Sequence record: SRR31156797_5988
Length of the DNA: 58,126 bases
Strand: one strand, 5' to 3'
Positions 12,170 to 21,117 of this stretch are shown here, one piece after another (the first letter of the stretch is position 1; every line of letters begins with the position of its first letter). The notes below the pieces were generated by a model that searched no databases, had not been told where the DNA came from, and saw only the letters and a program-made list of their open reading frames with translations. The translations under genes were made by a program, and so were the position numbers.

Positions 12170-12775
12170 TCATGCTGGAGCAAGGCCGTGCATGGCTTGA
12201 TTAAACAATTTCTCTAAGGTCTTTAAAAAATCATCTCCGGAAGACAATCTCTCTGTCAGCCAAGCTGAAATAGTGATCAAATACAATCCGTAAAAATGAC
12301 CGATCACCAGATCGAGATCAAGGTCAGGTCGCAATTCGCCACGTTCTTTGCCACGATCAAGAATGGGAACAAGCATTTCAATATATAGGTTCTCTATCTT
12401 TTTTGATTGCTCCAGATTTCTATCACTTGGGAAAAAAGATTCCCGTAACATGAGTCTTCCGAACTCCCTGTCATCTTTGATGAAGCGAAAAGTACCCCAA
12501 AAGACTGCCATCATCTGGTCCACAACACTGGTATCGCTGCTGGCTGAACGGATAATTTCTTCGTTTATAAAAAAGAGTTGTTCTCTGCAAAACGCTAAAA
12601 AAATCTCCCGTTTGGTTTTGAAATAGGAGTAAATAGTTCCCTTGCCAACGCCTGCCTCAAGAGCTAAATCGGTAATACTGGTGTTTTCATAGCCTTTAGC
12701 GCTAAAAAGGCGCATACCCGCATCCAGAATCGCTTGACGCTTTAATTGCTTTTTCTCTTCTCTAAGTCCTGCCAT
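12170..12775 (-). CDS. TetR/AcrR family transcriptional regulator
   Basis: HTH LALEAGVGKGTIYSYFKTK; first gene of the efflux operon. Confidence 0.93.
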   Translation of the reverse strand: MAGLREEKKQLKRQAILDAGMRLFSAKGYENTSITDLALEAGVGKGTIYSYFKTKREIFLAFCREQLFFINEEIIRSASSDTSVVDQMMAVFWGTFRFIKDDREFGRLMLRESFFPSDRNLEQSKKIENLYIEMLVPILDRGKERGELRPDLDLDLVIGHFYGLYLITISAWLTERLSSGDDFLKTLEKLFNQAMHGLAPA

Positions 12776-12843
12776 ATCCCTTCCATTCTATATAAATAAT
12801 CGCCTGCTGTATTACCACATGTTCGCAAAAGAGCAAACGATAA

Positions 12844-12857
12844 TCGACTGCGGTCGA
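12844..12857. promoter_or_regulatory. Candidate TetR operator (TCGAC-N4-GTCGA)
   Basis: Inverted repeat in the divergent TetR/pdxH intergenic region; assignment to this TetR is inference. Confidence 0.4.
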
Positions 12858-12981
12858 CATTTTACATTTTGCTACAAAATTAGGCGGTTACATACAAGAA
12901 GGAAAACATTACGGTTGACCGCTCCCAAGAAAAGGCCTATCAGTGAGAAGTATAGAACAATTCCGTACAAAAGGGTTTACC

Positions 12982-13620
12982 ATGAATATCAATGGCTTTC
13001 GCAAGGATTACAGAAGTCCGGTTTTAAAGAAACCAATGCTTGCCCCGGACCCGTTTAAACAATTTGAGCTATGGTTCAACGATGCCTGTAATAAAAATAT
13101 TGCCGAACCCAATGCAATGTCTCTTGCCACTGCAAATGCAGCAGGTCGCCCCAGCCTGCGAACAGTGCTGCTCAAACTCTTCGATATTAACGGCTTTGTT
13201 TTTTTTACAAATTACAAAAGTAGAAAGGCAAAAGAAATAGCTGAGAACCCCCACGTTTCTCTGCTTTTCCCATGGATATCACTTGAACGGCAGGTGACAG
13301 TCATTGGGGTTGCCTCAAAAGTTACTGCCGCGGAGTCAGCTAAATATTTTGCCAGCCGACCAAAAGAGAGCCAAATCGGCGCTTGGATCAGTAACCAAAG
13401 TTCAACTATCACCTCGCGGGATCTGCTGCTGATAGAACTGGAAAAAGCAAAAGACAAATTTCTGCATGGAGAAATACCGCTCCCCGATTTTTGGGGTGGT
13501 TACCGTGTTGTTCCTTACAGCATAGAATTTTGGCAGGGAAGAACCAGCCGCCTGCACGACAGGTTCCTTTACACCAAAAATGAAGCAGGGCTCTGGACGG
13601 TAGAACGCCTTGCTCCATGA
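12982..13620 (+). CDS. pdxH: Pyridoxamine 5'-phosphate oxidase
   Basis: RTVLLK, FFTNYKSRK, EFWQGRTSRLHDR and C-terminal RLAP; start at ATG 12982. Confidence 0.96.
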   Translation: MNINGFRKDYRSPVLKKPMLAPDPFKQFELWFNDACNKNIAEPNAMSLATANAAGRPSLRTVLLKLFDINGFVFFTNYKSRKAKEIAENPHVSLLFPWISLERQVTVIGVASKVTAAESAKYFASRPKESQIGAWISNQSSTITSRDLLLIELEKAKDKFLHGEIPLPDFWGGYRVVPYSIEFWQGRTSRLHDRFLYTKNEAGLWTVERLAP

Positions 13621-13653
13621 CCCCAAGTCCCTCTTAACAAGTGGAGTAGAGCA

Positions 13654-14400
13654 ATGGACAAACCTCTTACCGACAAAGTCGCCCTAGTCACTGGATCATC
13701 AAGGGGCATTGGCAGGGAAATAGCCTGCAAGCTCGCACAAATGGGCGCGACTGTGGTTATCAATTACAACCAAAGTAAGACAAGCGCTGAGGAAACCTGC
13801 AATCACATCATGGCAAATGGAGGCAAGGCAATCGCAATCCAGGCAGATGTGGCGGCGATGGCTGGCCTGCAGCATCTTTTTGACCAAACTTTGGAAAAAC
13901 TAAATAAAATCGATATCCTGGTCAACAATGCGGGAATCCTGATTACCAAAAAGATAGAGCAAGTATCTGAAGAAGAATACGATCGTTTGTTTGCAAGCAA
14001 TGTAAAAAGTGTCTTTTTTGCCTGCCAACAGGCAGCACAAAAACTTTCTCCCGGCGGCAGGATCATAAACATCTCAACAACCGTTACCAAAATAATGATG
14101 CCTGGGTATGGTTTGTACGCTGCAAGCAAAGGAGCTGTGGATCAAATAACACGAGTCCTTTCCAGGGAACTTGGAGAGAAAAACATTACCGTCAATGCCA
14201 TATCCCCTGGGCCGGTGGACACGGACCTTTTTAGAGCTGGCAAGAGCGAAGAGCAGATTGCGCAGATGGCAGAAATGTCACCTTTTAACCGGATAGGTAC
14301 CCCGGCAGATGTTGCTGGTGCAGTTTCCCTGTTGGTCAGTGACGATGCATCGTGGATTACCGGGCAAAACATCTATGTAAACGGCGGGTTGGCTGGCTAA
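13654..14400 (+). CDS. Short-chain dehydrogenase/reductase (SDR)
   Basis: TGSSRGIG, NNAG and catalytic YAASK motifs. Confidence 0.93.
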   Translation: MDKPLTDKVALVTGSSRGIGREIACKLAQMGATVVINYNQSKTSAEETCNHIMANGGKAIAIQADVAAMAGLQHLFDQTLEKLNKIDILVNNAGILITKKIEQVSEEEYDRLFASNVKSVFFACQQAAQKLSPGGRIINISTTVTKIMMPGYGLYAASKGAVDQITRVLSRELGEKNITVNAISPGPVDTDLFRAGKSEEQIAQMAEMSPFNRIGTPADVAGAVSLLVSDDASWITGQNIYVNGGLAG

Positions 14401-14438
14401 GGGAATCTAACGAAATAGATATATCAATATTGCGCCGA

Positions 14439-14522
14439 TTTTTCGTTTCTTTTCAAGACGCAAAAAAATCACAGATAAGTATCTTTGTAGATTTTTTCGC
14501 AACGCAGAAAAGAAGCGAAAAA
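14439..14522. repeat. Long imperfect palindrome (REP/MITE-like hairpin) between convergent genes
   Basis: Outer arms TTTTTCGTTTCTTTTC / GAAAAGAAGCGAAAAA; inner arms GCAAAAAAATC / GATTTTTTCGC; central ACAGATA..TATCT..TGT. Confidence 0.6.
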
Positions 14523-14582
14523 ACAAGCAGAATGCTCGCAGGTATTTTGGCCCATTCCCTGCCCAATACCATGCAAAAACCA

Positions 14583-15761
14583 TCAGGATGACAGGAAACC
14601 ATGCTCTCCCTGAAAATTCGCCACACTCTGCTGGAGCCTGAACACACAAAACAGACAAAAACACAACACCAGTAAAAGAGTTCCCAAAAAGACCTGCCAT
14701 CCACAATAACTGTAAATAACTCCTGGTGCAAAAGAACCGATGGTCCCCCCCATGTAGTAAAAGGAGATATACAGGCCGTTTGCAATCCCTTTTTTCCCTT
14801 GCGAGAGTGTATTAACATACCCAGACAAAATGGAATGGGCGGTAAACATCCCGGTGCAGAAAACAAACATACAGAGAAACATACTCTGGTAATTGGTGAC
14901 CATAAAGCCAACAGTACCTACCCCATAAAGTAGTATTCCTGCACTGACCGCTCTGGTCTCGCTGCCAAAAAAAGAAATAATCCGCCGCACATTTAAAGAA
15001 ACAACGACTCCCATCACATACCCACTGTACATAATACCGATACCTGTTTCCCGAAACTCTGGATTTATGCTCTTCAAGGCAAAGGGCAAAAAATTCAACG
15101 CTCCGGCAAAAACAAAAAACACACAAAAAATAGTAATATACAGCCAAAAATATCGGGCCTGGCGCACAACTCCGAACGCTTCGCCCAGATTTGGTTTTGA
15201 ATACTGAAGGTTAGAATCTTTTTCCAGACCGCGGAGCAGGTAAAAGCCCCACACTAAAAGAACTCCAAGTACAAAGAAAAAAAACCGCCAACCAAAGAGA
15301 TCCGTAAACAAGCCGGATAAAAGTCGGCCAAGAAAACCACCGATGATTGTCGCCGCAATATACCGGGCAATGGCAGCCTGCATCTGTTCAGCAGTTGAAG
15401 TAAACGATATATAACTGACAAGAGATGTTAAAATTGCAGGGATCACCATCCCCTGCACCCCTCGGATAAATAACAGCAGCAGGTAACTGTCTGTTATGCA
15501 AAAGACGAATTCGAGCAGGCCAAGGATTAAAATAGCCGACCGGACAAGAAGACGAGCAGAAAACGACTCCAAAAGAATCCCGTAAAACAAAGGGGCAATC
15601 CCCAGGGGCATCATCATCAGGGTGGTAAACAAAATAGCCTGCAGGGAAGAGAGCCCGAACTCCTGCTGAAAGACAGGTTGAATCGGCTGTGCAGCATAAA
15701 GCGAACAAAAGGTAACAACGGTACAAAAATAAATTGCCGGCAGTGGACTGCATTGCCTCAT
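14583..15761 (-). CDS. MFS transporter (YnfM-like)
   Basis: FCSLYAAQPIQP, GGFLGRLLSG and ANGLYISFYYMGGTIG motifs typical of YnfM-type MFS; start uncertain (ATG 15761). Confidence 0.85.
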   Translation of the reverse strand: MRQCSPLPAIYFCTVVTFCSLYAAQPIQPVFQQEFGLSSLQAILFTTLMMMPLGIAPLFYGILLESFSARLLVRSAILILGLLEFVFCITDSYLLLLFIRGVQGMVIPAILTSLVSYISFTSTAEQMQAAIARYIAATIIGGFLGRLLSGLFTDLFGWRFFFFVLGVLLVWGFYLLRGLEKDSNLQYSKPNLGEAFGVVRQARYFWLYITIFCVFFVFAGALNFLPFALKSINPEFRETGIGIMYSGYVMGVVVSLNVRRIISFFGSETRAVSAGILLYGVGTVGFMVTNYQSMFLCMFVFCTGMFTAHSILSGYVNTLSQGKKGIANGLYISFYYMGGTIGSFAPGVIYSYCGWQVFLGTLLLVLCFCLFCVFRLQQSVANFQGEHGFLSS

Positions 15762-15843
15762 TTTACTTAACAGATACACCCTGCTCCTCCAGATTTTTTC
15801 TAGGCACTTTACACATCCGACATTTCCCCACACCCCTTATTTT

Positions 15844-16770
15844 TCAAGCACGAACAACTTTATCTAGAGAAAAAAATCTTGGAGTTAAAAAAAGTAACAG
15901 ATAGCTCAGAAACACTGCTGTGAGCAAACGAGCGACAACAATAACCCATAAATTTGCCCCAAAGATGACAAAAAGCAGCACATCCTCTATCAACGAGTGA
16001 CATATCATTAAAAAAGTGGAAATAAAAAAAATATCCCGCTGTGATAAGTTGCCCTGCTGGGCCTCCCTGATAAGAATGGTCGCACCGTACGTTATACCAA
16101 GTAACTGCCCAACAATGATGGAAAACGAGGTGTTGACTTTTTCCATATGATCTTTGATCACTTTGGATGCCTTGAGCAGATCCATGCCGATAATAATAGC
16201 GCTGATAAGAACAATGATCTTCAACGAAAGAATCCCGGCCTGCAGAATCGATTCACCAAGCATCTGCCACACGTTCTCAGGCAATACCTTTGCGGCGGGT
16301 GCCTGGCGAGCAGCAGCCTCGGGAAAAAACGAGGGCGGTAAGAATAAAACAGGTAATACCGCAAGAAAAGCGCCGACAATGCGAAGTACCACGGAATACC
16401 CATATGAAACCCCTAGTTTGGCCATTATTGCGCTTTCAACAACCAACGCATGACAGACCCCAAGAAATATACCAAGGATTGTCCACTGGTATGCCGTCAG
16501 CCCAAGAGGGGCAGCAAAAGCAATTGCAGCGTAAACATTCACCAGCATACCACTGGCAACCGCAACCGCTGCTTCTGCTGGCAAGTGCAGCACTTTTGTA
16601 AGTGGGGTAAAAAGAAAACTTATATGGCGCAGCAGGTCATAGTAGAGCAGGAAGTCTGAAAGGATATACAGGGGAACAACCAGCTTAAGAATCAACCAGG
16701 CACTGCTTATAGAGGAGCGCAGACTTTCAACAAGTAATATTTTCAAAACACACGGTGCGGTAAAAATCAA
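15844..16770 (-). CDS. Nucleoside-recognition (Gate) domain membrane protein
   Basis: Two repeated hydrophobic halves with CHALVVES / CHSLIED motifs and GITYGA; start uncertain. Confidence 0.75.
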   Translation of the reverse strand: MIFTAPCVLKILLVESLRSSISSAWLILKLVVPLYILSDFLLYYDLLRHISFLFTPLTKVLHLPAEAAVAVASGMLVNVYAAIAFAAPLGLTAYQWTILGIFLGVCHALVVESAIMAKLGVSYGYSVVLRIVGAFLAVLPVLFLPPSFFPEAAARQAPAAKVLPENVWQMLGESILQAGILSLKIIVLISAIIIGMDLLKASKVIKDHMEKVNTSFSIIVGQLLGITYGATILIREAQQGNLSQRDIFFISTFLMICHSLIEDVLLFVIFGANLWVIVVARLLTAVFLSYLLLFLTPRFFSLDKVVRA

Positions 16771-16989
16771 TAATATGTGATCACATTCCGAGGCCCTGGC
16801 CTTTGCTGCCGGTACCAGTAGCCTGTCGTGCTAAACCATTTTCCTTCAACTCGGCATTATGGTCGTCAAATTAATGGTCGCAGGTAGCGCAGACTCCGAT
16901 ATTGAGTAATGGCTGTGCAAAATTTTCCGACAATGGCCTGATTTGAGATGAGAATTGCCAACTCGACAAACTCCTGGGGGAGCTGCAAT

Positions 16990-17220
16990 CTATCTTCTTT
17001 TGGTGCCGCTGTAGGTAAAAGCCTTGGCAATCATTTTGTAAAAACTTCCCTTGTCAATCCCAATAGGCTTACCACATACGCATCGCAACTTGCCGTTGCT
17101 TTCCGTAAATGAATAGGTACGGTCAATTCTTGCCTTATGACAGCGGAGCACCTCCCCTGGGCCGATTTTGTCGTATCGCCACAGCTTTCGTTTACAGGCT
17201 GCACAACGGATAATCAGCAT
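16990..17220 (-). CDS. Small Cys-rich hypothetical protein (possible zinc ribbon)
   Basis: 76 aa with CAAC, RCH and CVCG; co-oriented with its neighbours. Confidence 0.7.
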   Translation of the reverse strand: MLIIRCAACKRKLWRYDKIGPGEVLRCHKARIDRTYSFTESNGKLRCVCGKPIGIDKGSFYKMIAKAFTYSGTKRR

Positions 17221-17258
17221 GACTTTTCTACAAATGATTGCATTGTCGAAAACAGGTT

Positions 17259-17567
17259 CTATATTTTCTGGCGAGGCTTTTCCAATTCAGCCGGATCAAC
17301 GAATTTCACCAGCCTTACCTTACGACTGCGGGGAAATTCACGCTTAATCATTTCCTTGAGTAGGCGTGGCAAACCATCTGTACTGGATACCACTTCCTGC
17401 TCAATATAACCACGCTCTTTTATTAAAAAAGTTAGGTCATCTTGCCTGATAATGGCAATGGATCGATTTCGTTTATAGGAAAATAAAACCACGCCTTCTG
17501 GTGGGGAGCTCTTCATCAGCGTAGTAATCGTTTTTTTGCGAACAGCACTAATATTGATCAACGCCAT
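17259..17567 (-). CDS. Hypothetical protein
   Basis: 102 aa from ATG 17567; protein-like composition (LFSYKRNRSI...KREFPRSRKVR); co-oriented with the next gene. Confidence 0.65.
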   Translation of the reverse strand: MALINISAVRKKTITTLMKSSPPEGVVLFSYKRNRSIAIIRQDDLTFLIKERGYIEQEVVSSTDGLPRLLKEMIKREFPRSRKVRLVKFVDPAELEKPRQKI

Positions 17568-18032
17568 GGTGTTTAGGGAAAGAAGATGGATGTTACCAAC
17601 ATGGATTTTTTTAGTAATGACAGAGTCAAGTGCCTTGAAATGATCTTGTAAAAACAAATCTATTATAACGGGAACCCCAAGAAAAACATCATTTATCCGA
17701 CCCCCCTGACCACCGGAGAAACGAACCTGAATATAACTTCTTCGGGGAAACAACCACACGTCGAACAAGGCACCCTTTGCTATCGCAATGGCTCGGATGA
17801 GAAGTGCCCCAGAAACACACGGAAAAGACACCCCCTCATCAAAACCTTATATAATCAGATAATTGCCCCCCATCATCACAGTTAACCGGGAAGATCCCTC
17901 TGCTTTGCCTATTTGACGAAGAGAATAAATAGCATGGCTGAAAAGAGGTTCTTTGGCAGCCCTCCAAGAACAATCTCTCCCAAACAGTCCAGAAAGCTAG
18001 AGAGGGAACATATCTCATCGATTGACGATCAA

Positions 18033-19427
18033 TCAGGGGTTACCTGATGGTTTAATGTTCTGATTAAGACGAAACATATTGGTAGGATCATACTTGTCTT
18101 TCAACTGAACCAATTTTTTCCATACCGACTCGGTGTAAGCCTCTTTAACCCGTTCTTCCCCCTCCTCGCTGAGAAAATTCACGTAGACTCCTTGAGAAAA
18201 AGGTTCTGTTGCTTTATGTAAGCCCCTTGCCCATTCTAAACACGACTCATCGTCGTCTTTTTTTTGCCAACGTGTATGAATGTTCAGCACAAAAGGGGTT
18301 GAACGATGGGCAAAGGCAGTCGCTTCAGCAGCTACACGGCTTGGGGCTCCCTCCATATGAGGGATAAAGACCTCACATTCATCACTGGGCAGGGTTTTGG
18401 TAAACGACAAGATCTGGTCAATACAAGCATTTGATAGATTTTTAAGATGATGCGATTTCCAATAATTCCTGGCTCCATGGGTAACCAGGCCATCAAAACC
18501 TGCCTGCCACCCGGCCCAAGGGGTCATACCATAATGTTCACCAAGGGAGTCTGTGATTTCCTGTAGTGGTTTGATATGTTTTTCCCCTTCTTCCTGACTC
18601 CCAAGCCAGACAAAAGGCACAATGACAACTAGCGTTCCATGAACGTCTACCGGGAGAAATGGTAATGGCGGAGCTTTTCTGAGCACCATCCACGCCGTCA
18701 TCTCGTCAGGTAATCCCCGAACATATTCCCGGTGGAAACGAATATATTCCTGGGCATCATCGAAGTTCTTAACCAGTAATCCGGAAAATACTTCGTTACC
18801 AATAGGCGCACAGTTAAACGTTAAAGAGGTTGCGATTCCAAAGTTCCCGCCGCCCCCTCGGATTCCCCAAAAGAGGTCGGCATTCTCATTCTCATTGACG
18901 GTGAGTAATTCGCTTTGAGCAGTGACCAATTCAGCCGAGACAAGATTATCTATTGATAGACCATATTTTCTGCTTATCCAGCCAAACCCTCCACCCAGAG
19001 TTAACCCGCCAACCCCAGTATGAGAGACAATACCAGCAGACACAGCTAGCCCATACAGCTGAGTTTCGCGGTCAACATCTGCTAGCAGTGCTCCCCCGTC
19101 TACCCGTACCGTATTGTTATTTCGGTCAACATTTACTCTACGCATCATAGAAAGGTCAATAATGATACCGCCATCACACGTTGCGTTTCCCGCAGAATTG
19201 TGTCCCCCGCCGCGTACGGCAGTGAGCAAATTGTTTTTTCGAGCAAAGGATACTGCCTTCAACACATCACTTGTTGATAGGCAGCGGGCAATAAGGAGCG
19301 GGTGTTTATCAAACATACCATTCCATACTTTTCTTGCCTCATCATAATCACCGTCAGTAGGGGAAATGATTGTACCCTGGAAGTTTTCCTGAAACGAGTT
19401 AATCGCCTTATTTGAAAGAGATGACAT
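18033..19427 (-). CDS. FAD-binding oxidoreductase, VAO/PCMH family with BBE C-terminal domain
   Basis: VRGGGHN (covalent FAD His), [26 protein letters not shown] and YVNF...[11 protein letters not shown]. Confidence 0.93.
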   Translation of the reverse strand: MSSLSNKAINSFQENFQGTIISPTDGDYDEARKVWNGMFDKHPLLIARCLSTSDVLKAVSFARKNNLLTAVRGGGHNSAGNATCDGGIIIDLSMMRRVNVDRNNNTVRVDGGALLADVDRETQLYGLAVSAGIVSHTGVGGLTLGGGFGWISRKYGLSIDNLVSAELVTAQSELLTVNENENADLFWGIRGGGGNFGIATSLTFNCAPIGNEVFSGLLVKNFDDAQEYIRFHREYVRGLPDEMTAWMVLRKAPPLPFLPVDVHGTLVVIVPFVWLGSQEEGEKHIKPLQEITDSLGEHYGMTPWAGWQAGFDGLVTHGARNYWKSHHLKNLSNACIDQILSFTKTLPSDECEVFIPHMEGAPSRVAAEATAFAHRSTPFVLNIHTRWQKKDDDESCLEWARGLHKATEPFSQGVYVNFLSEEGEERVKEAYTESVWKKLVQLKDKYDPTNMFRLNQNIKPSGNP

Positions 19428-19521
19428 TTTTCAACCCCCAATAATTAGATACCAGCAATTCATTCTAGCTGCAGCGAAACTTGATAGTTGCTCAACATCA
19501 GATATAACAGGCTGAGCCTAT

Positions 19522-19570
19522 AAATACGAAAAGCCGGTATGCCCTGTTTTGATGGCAACCCGGCTTTCTC
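19522..19570 (-). terminator. Intrinsic terminator overlapping the 3' end of the riboswitch aptamer
   Basis: Minus strand: GAGAAAGCCGGGTTGCC-ATCAAAACAG-GGCATACCGGCTTTTC followed by GTATTT. The 5' arm is the aptamer's P3' strand and P1' lies at the loop boundary. Confidence 0.7.
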
Positions 19571-19626
19571 GTTAAGATCCGTGGCTTTCCGTCCCTGCCT
19601 TCCGGCAGGTTTGGTATTTTCACATC
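19551..19626 (-). ncRNA. GEMM-I (c-di-GMP-I family) riboswitch aptamer with the A20 (3',3'-cGAMP-type) signature
   Basis: Minus strand: GAUG-UGAAAAU-A-CC-AAACCUGCC-GGAA-GGCAGGGACGG-AAAGCCACGGAUCUUAACGAGAAAGCCGGGUUG-C-CAUC. Shows P1 GAUG/CAUC, P2 with a GNRA loop, the GGACG/AAAGCC junction and the AGCCGGGUUGCC 3' motif. Confidence 0.9.
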
Positions 19627-19650
19627 ATTATCGCATCATGCTGCCTTAAG

Positions 19651-19680
19651 AAATTAATGCCACCACGTGGTACCTGTCAA
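19651..19680 (-). promoter_or_regulatory. Sigma70-type promoter upstream of the riboswitch
   Basis: TTGACA-18 nt-TAATTT on the minus strand; predicted start about 20 nt before P1. Confidence 0.55.
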
Positions 19681-20021
19681 GGTTCGAGAATAATTAGGAC
19701 CATTTTCAAAGAAAATCGATGAACGCTGCCAGTTGTTCAACAAAATGTACAGGAGGATACCCATGGGCAACTTTAACTCAATTTCAAAAAAATTATGTCA
19801 GAGCATTAATATTGTCTGAAAACTGACGGTGTATGGGCAAAGGTATAATGGACAGGGGAAATATCTGCTTGACTAACGGATCAGTTATCTTTTTTGACCT
19901 TGCTAAACTTTCAGGTATGAAGCCTAAACATTGGCACCACGCAAAATGGTCTTTGATTGCCATTTTCCCTTGCCACGCACCCTTATCGTGTAACCTGCGG
20001 GAAAAATAAGACTGCAAAAAT

Positions 20022-20435
20022 TTATACTTCGAGAGTTTCGGCCGCTCTTTCGTAATCATCCTCCTTTACGTAAACGAGATATCCATAACTCCCGCGTCCA
20101 TCTGTTACGCCGCTCGCCCCATAGACGTTAATATCGGCCTCATGTAATCGTTGATGGACCTTAGCTAAAGCTCCCAACTCATCGTCCCCTTGAATTAAGA
20201 GCGCATGGTGAGGGCCGTCAATTTTCATTGCAGACAATTCAGCTTCATGAATAAATTTTAAAGGATCTTCAGGGAAAATCGTTAACTGGGTCGTATTGGG
20301 ACCAACCGGTATGGCTGAAAAAGCGAGTTGATTTATCCCCATTTCAGCCAACATATTGAGTAGTCCATATGCTTCCCCTGGCTGGTCCCTGACTATTGTA
20401 TAAAAATATTGAACTCTTTGAATTGTAAATGGCAT
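20022..20435 (-). CDS. ACT-domain-like small protein
   Basis: 137 aa; VRDQPGEAYGLLNMLAEMGINQ and GDDELGALAKVHQRLHEADINV resemble tandem ACT repeats; AGGAG RBS. Confidence 0.65.
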   Translation of the reverse strand: MPFTIQRVQYFYTIVRDQPGEAYGLLNMLAEMGINQLAFSAIPVGPNTTQLTIFPEDPLKFIHEAELSAMKIDGPHHALLIQGDDELGALAKVHQRLHEADINVYGASGVTDGRGSYGYLVYVKEDDYERAAETLEV

Positions 20436-20492
20436 ATCTCCTCCTTGTTACCTCGCCGAAGAAAAATATTCAAAACATTAACCACTTACGTA

Positions 20493-20522
20493 ATTATATG
20501 AAAGTGATTGGAGGTTTGTCAA
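20493..20522 (-). promoter_or_regulatory. Consensus sigma70 promoter for the ACT gene
   Basis: Exact TTGACA-18 nt-TATAAT on the minus strand, about 58 nt upstream of the ATG. Confidence 0.75.
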
Positions 20523-20763
20523 GCGGACCAACGATTTTTTTAGTACCAATCAAATTTGCAGATGGACATTATAGTTAAGTAGTAGTTAAACTGACTACAA
20601 GAGAGTAAAACATTATGGAATTTACAGGGAAAGGTAATAAATCGTCGTCGCTTCTAAAAGTTATTACATCAAACATTTACAGCTCCGAGAAACAGAAGTT
20701 TATCTAAAAAATAATATGATTCACACTTGAATATACTCATCCGACTGAAGCGTGGAAAGTGAC

Positions 20764-21066
20764 ATGAAGATTAAAACCCGTCAGCTGTCAAAAGCATCAC
20801 TAGTCTCAATTGTCGATGCTTTGCGCAAGGATGGTATTATCCGAGATGACATGATTATCGCATCCTACAAGCGCGATCTAACGTCGCGCCTTATATCAAT
20901 AAAAGGGCAGCTTGAAAGAATAGAAAGTAAGCTCAACCGTAAAAACAATTCAATGCAAACCCACAATAAATTGGTCCGGAAATACAACCAGCTTGCTGTA
21001 TCAGGAAAAAAGAAACTCTCCAAACTGGAAAAACTTGAGTCAAAGAATGAGATTGCCGTCAAGTAA
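20764..21066 (+). CDS. Hypothetical basic coiled-coil protein
   Basis: About 100 aa, Lys-rich ORF filling the gap between flanking genes; no recognised family. Confidence 0.5.
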   Translation: MKIKTRQLSKASLVSIVDALRKDGIIRDDMIIASYKRDLTSRLISIKGQLERIESKLNRKNNSMQTHNKLVRKYNQLAVSGKKKLSKLEKLESKNEIAVK

Positions 21067-21117
21067 AGCTGATTTAATTCTGTTACCTTTAGAGAAGAAG
21101 CCAGAAAAAAACTACTA

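Noticed and set aside
14352-14911. Overlapping short ORFs (79-152 aa)
   Set aside because: They run through the palindromic element or in alternative frames of the MFS gene; no motifs or RBS.
16775-16786. Palindrome ATGTGATCACAT resembling a CRP half-site pair
   Set aside because: Lacks the 6-nt spacer of CRP/FNR sites (TGTGA-N6-TCACA); single short palindrome with no assignable regulator.
17570-18030. Long intergenic region with small hairpins, possible sRNA or 6S RNA
   Set aside because: No match to a family I can recognise and no clear promoter-terminator pair; needs an Infernal search or RNA-seq.
19793-20059. 88-aa minus-strand ORF
   Set aside because: Overlaps the ACT gene end, lacks an RBS and recognisable motifs; probably spurious.
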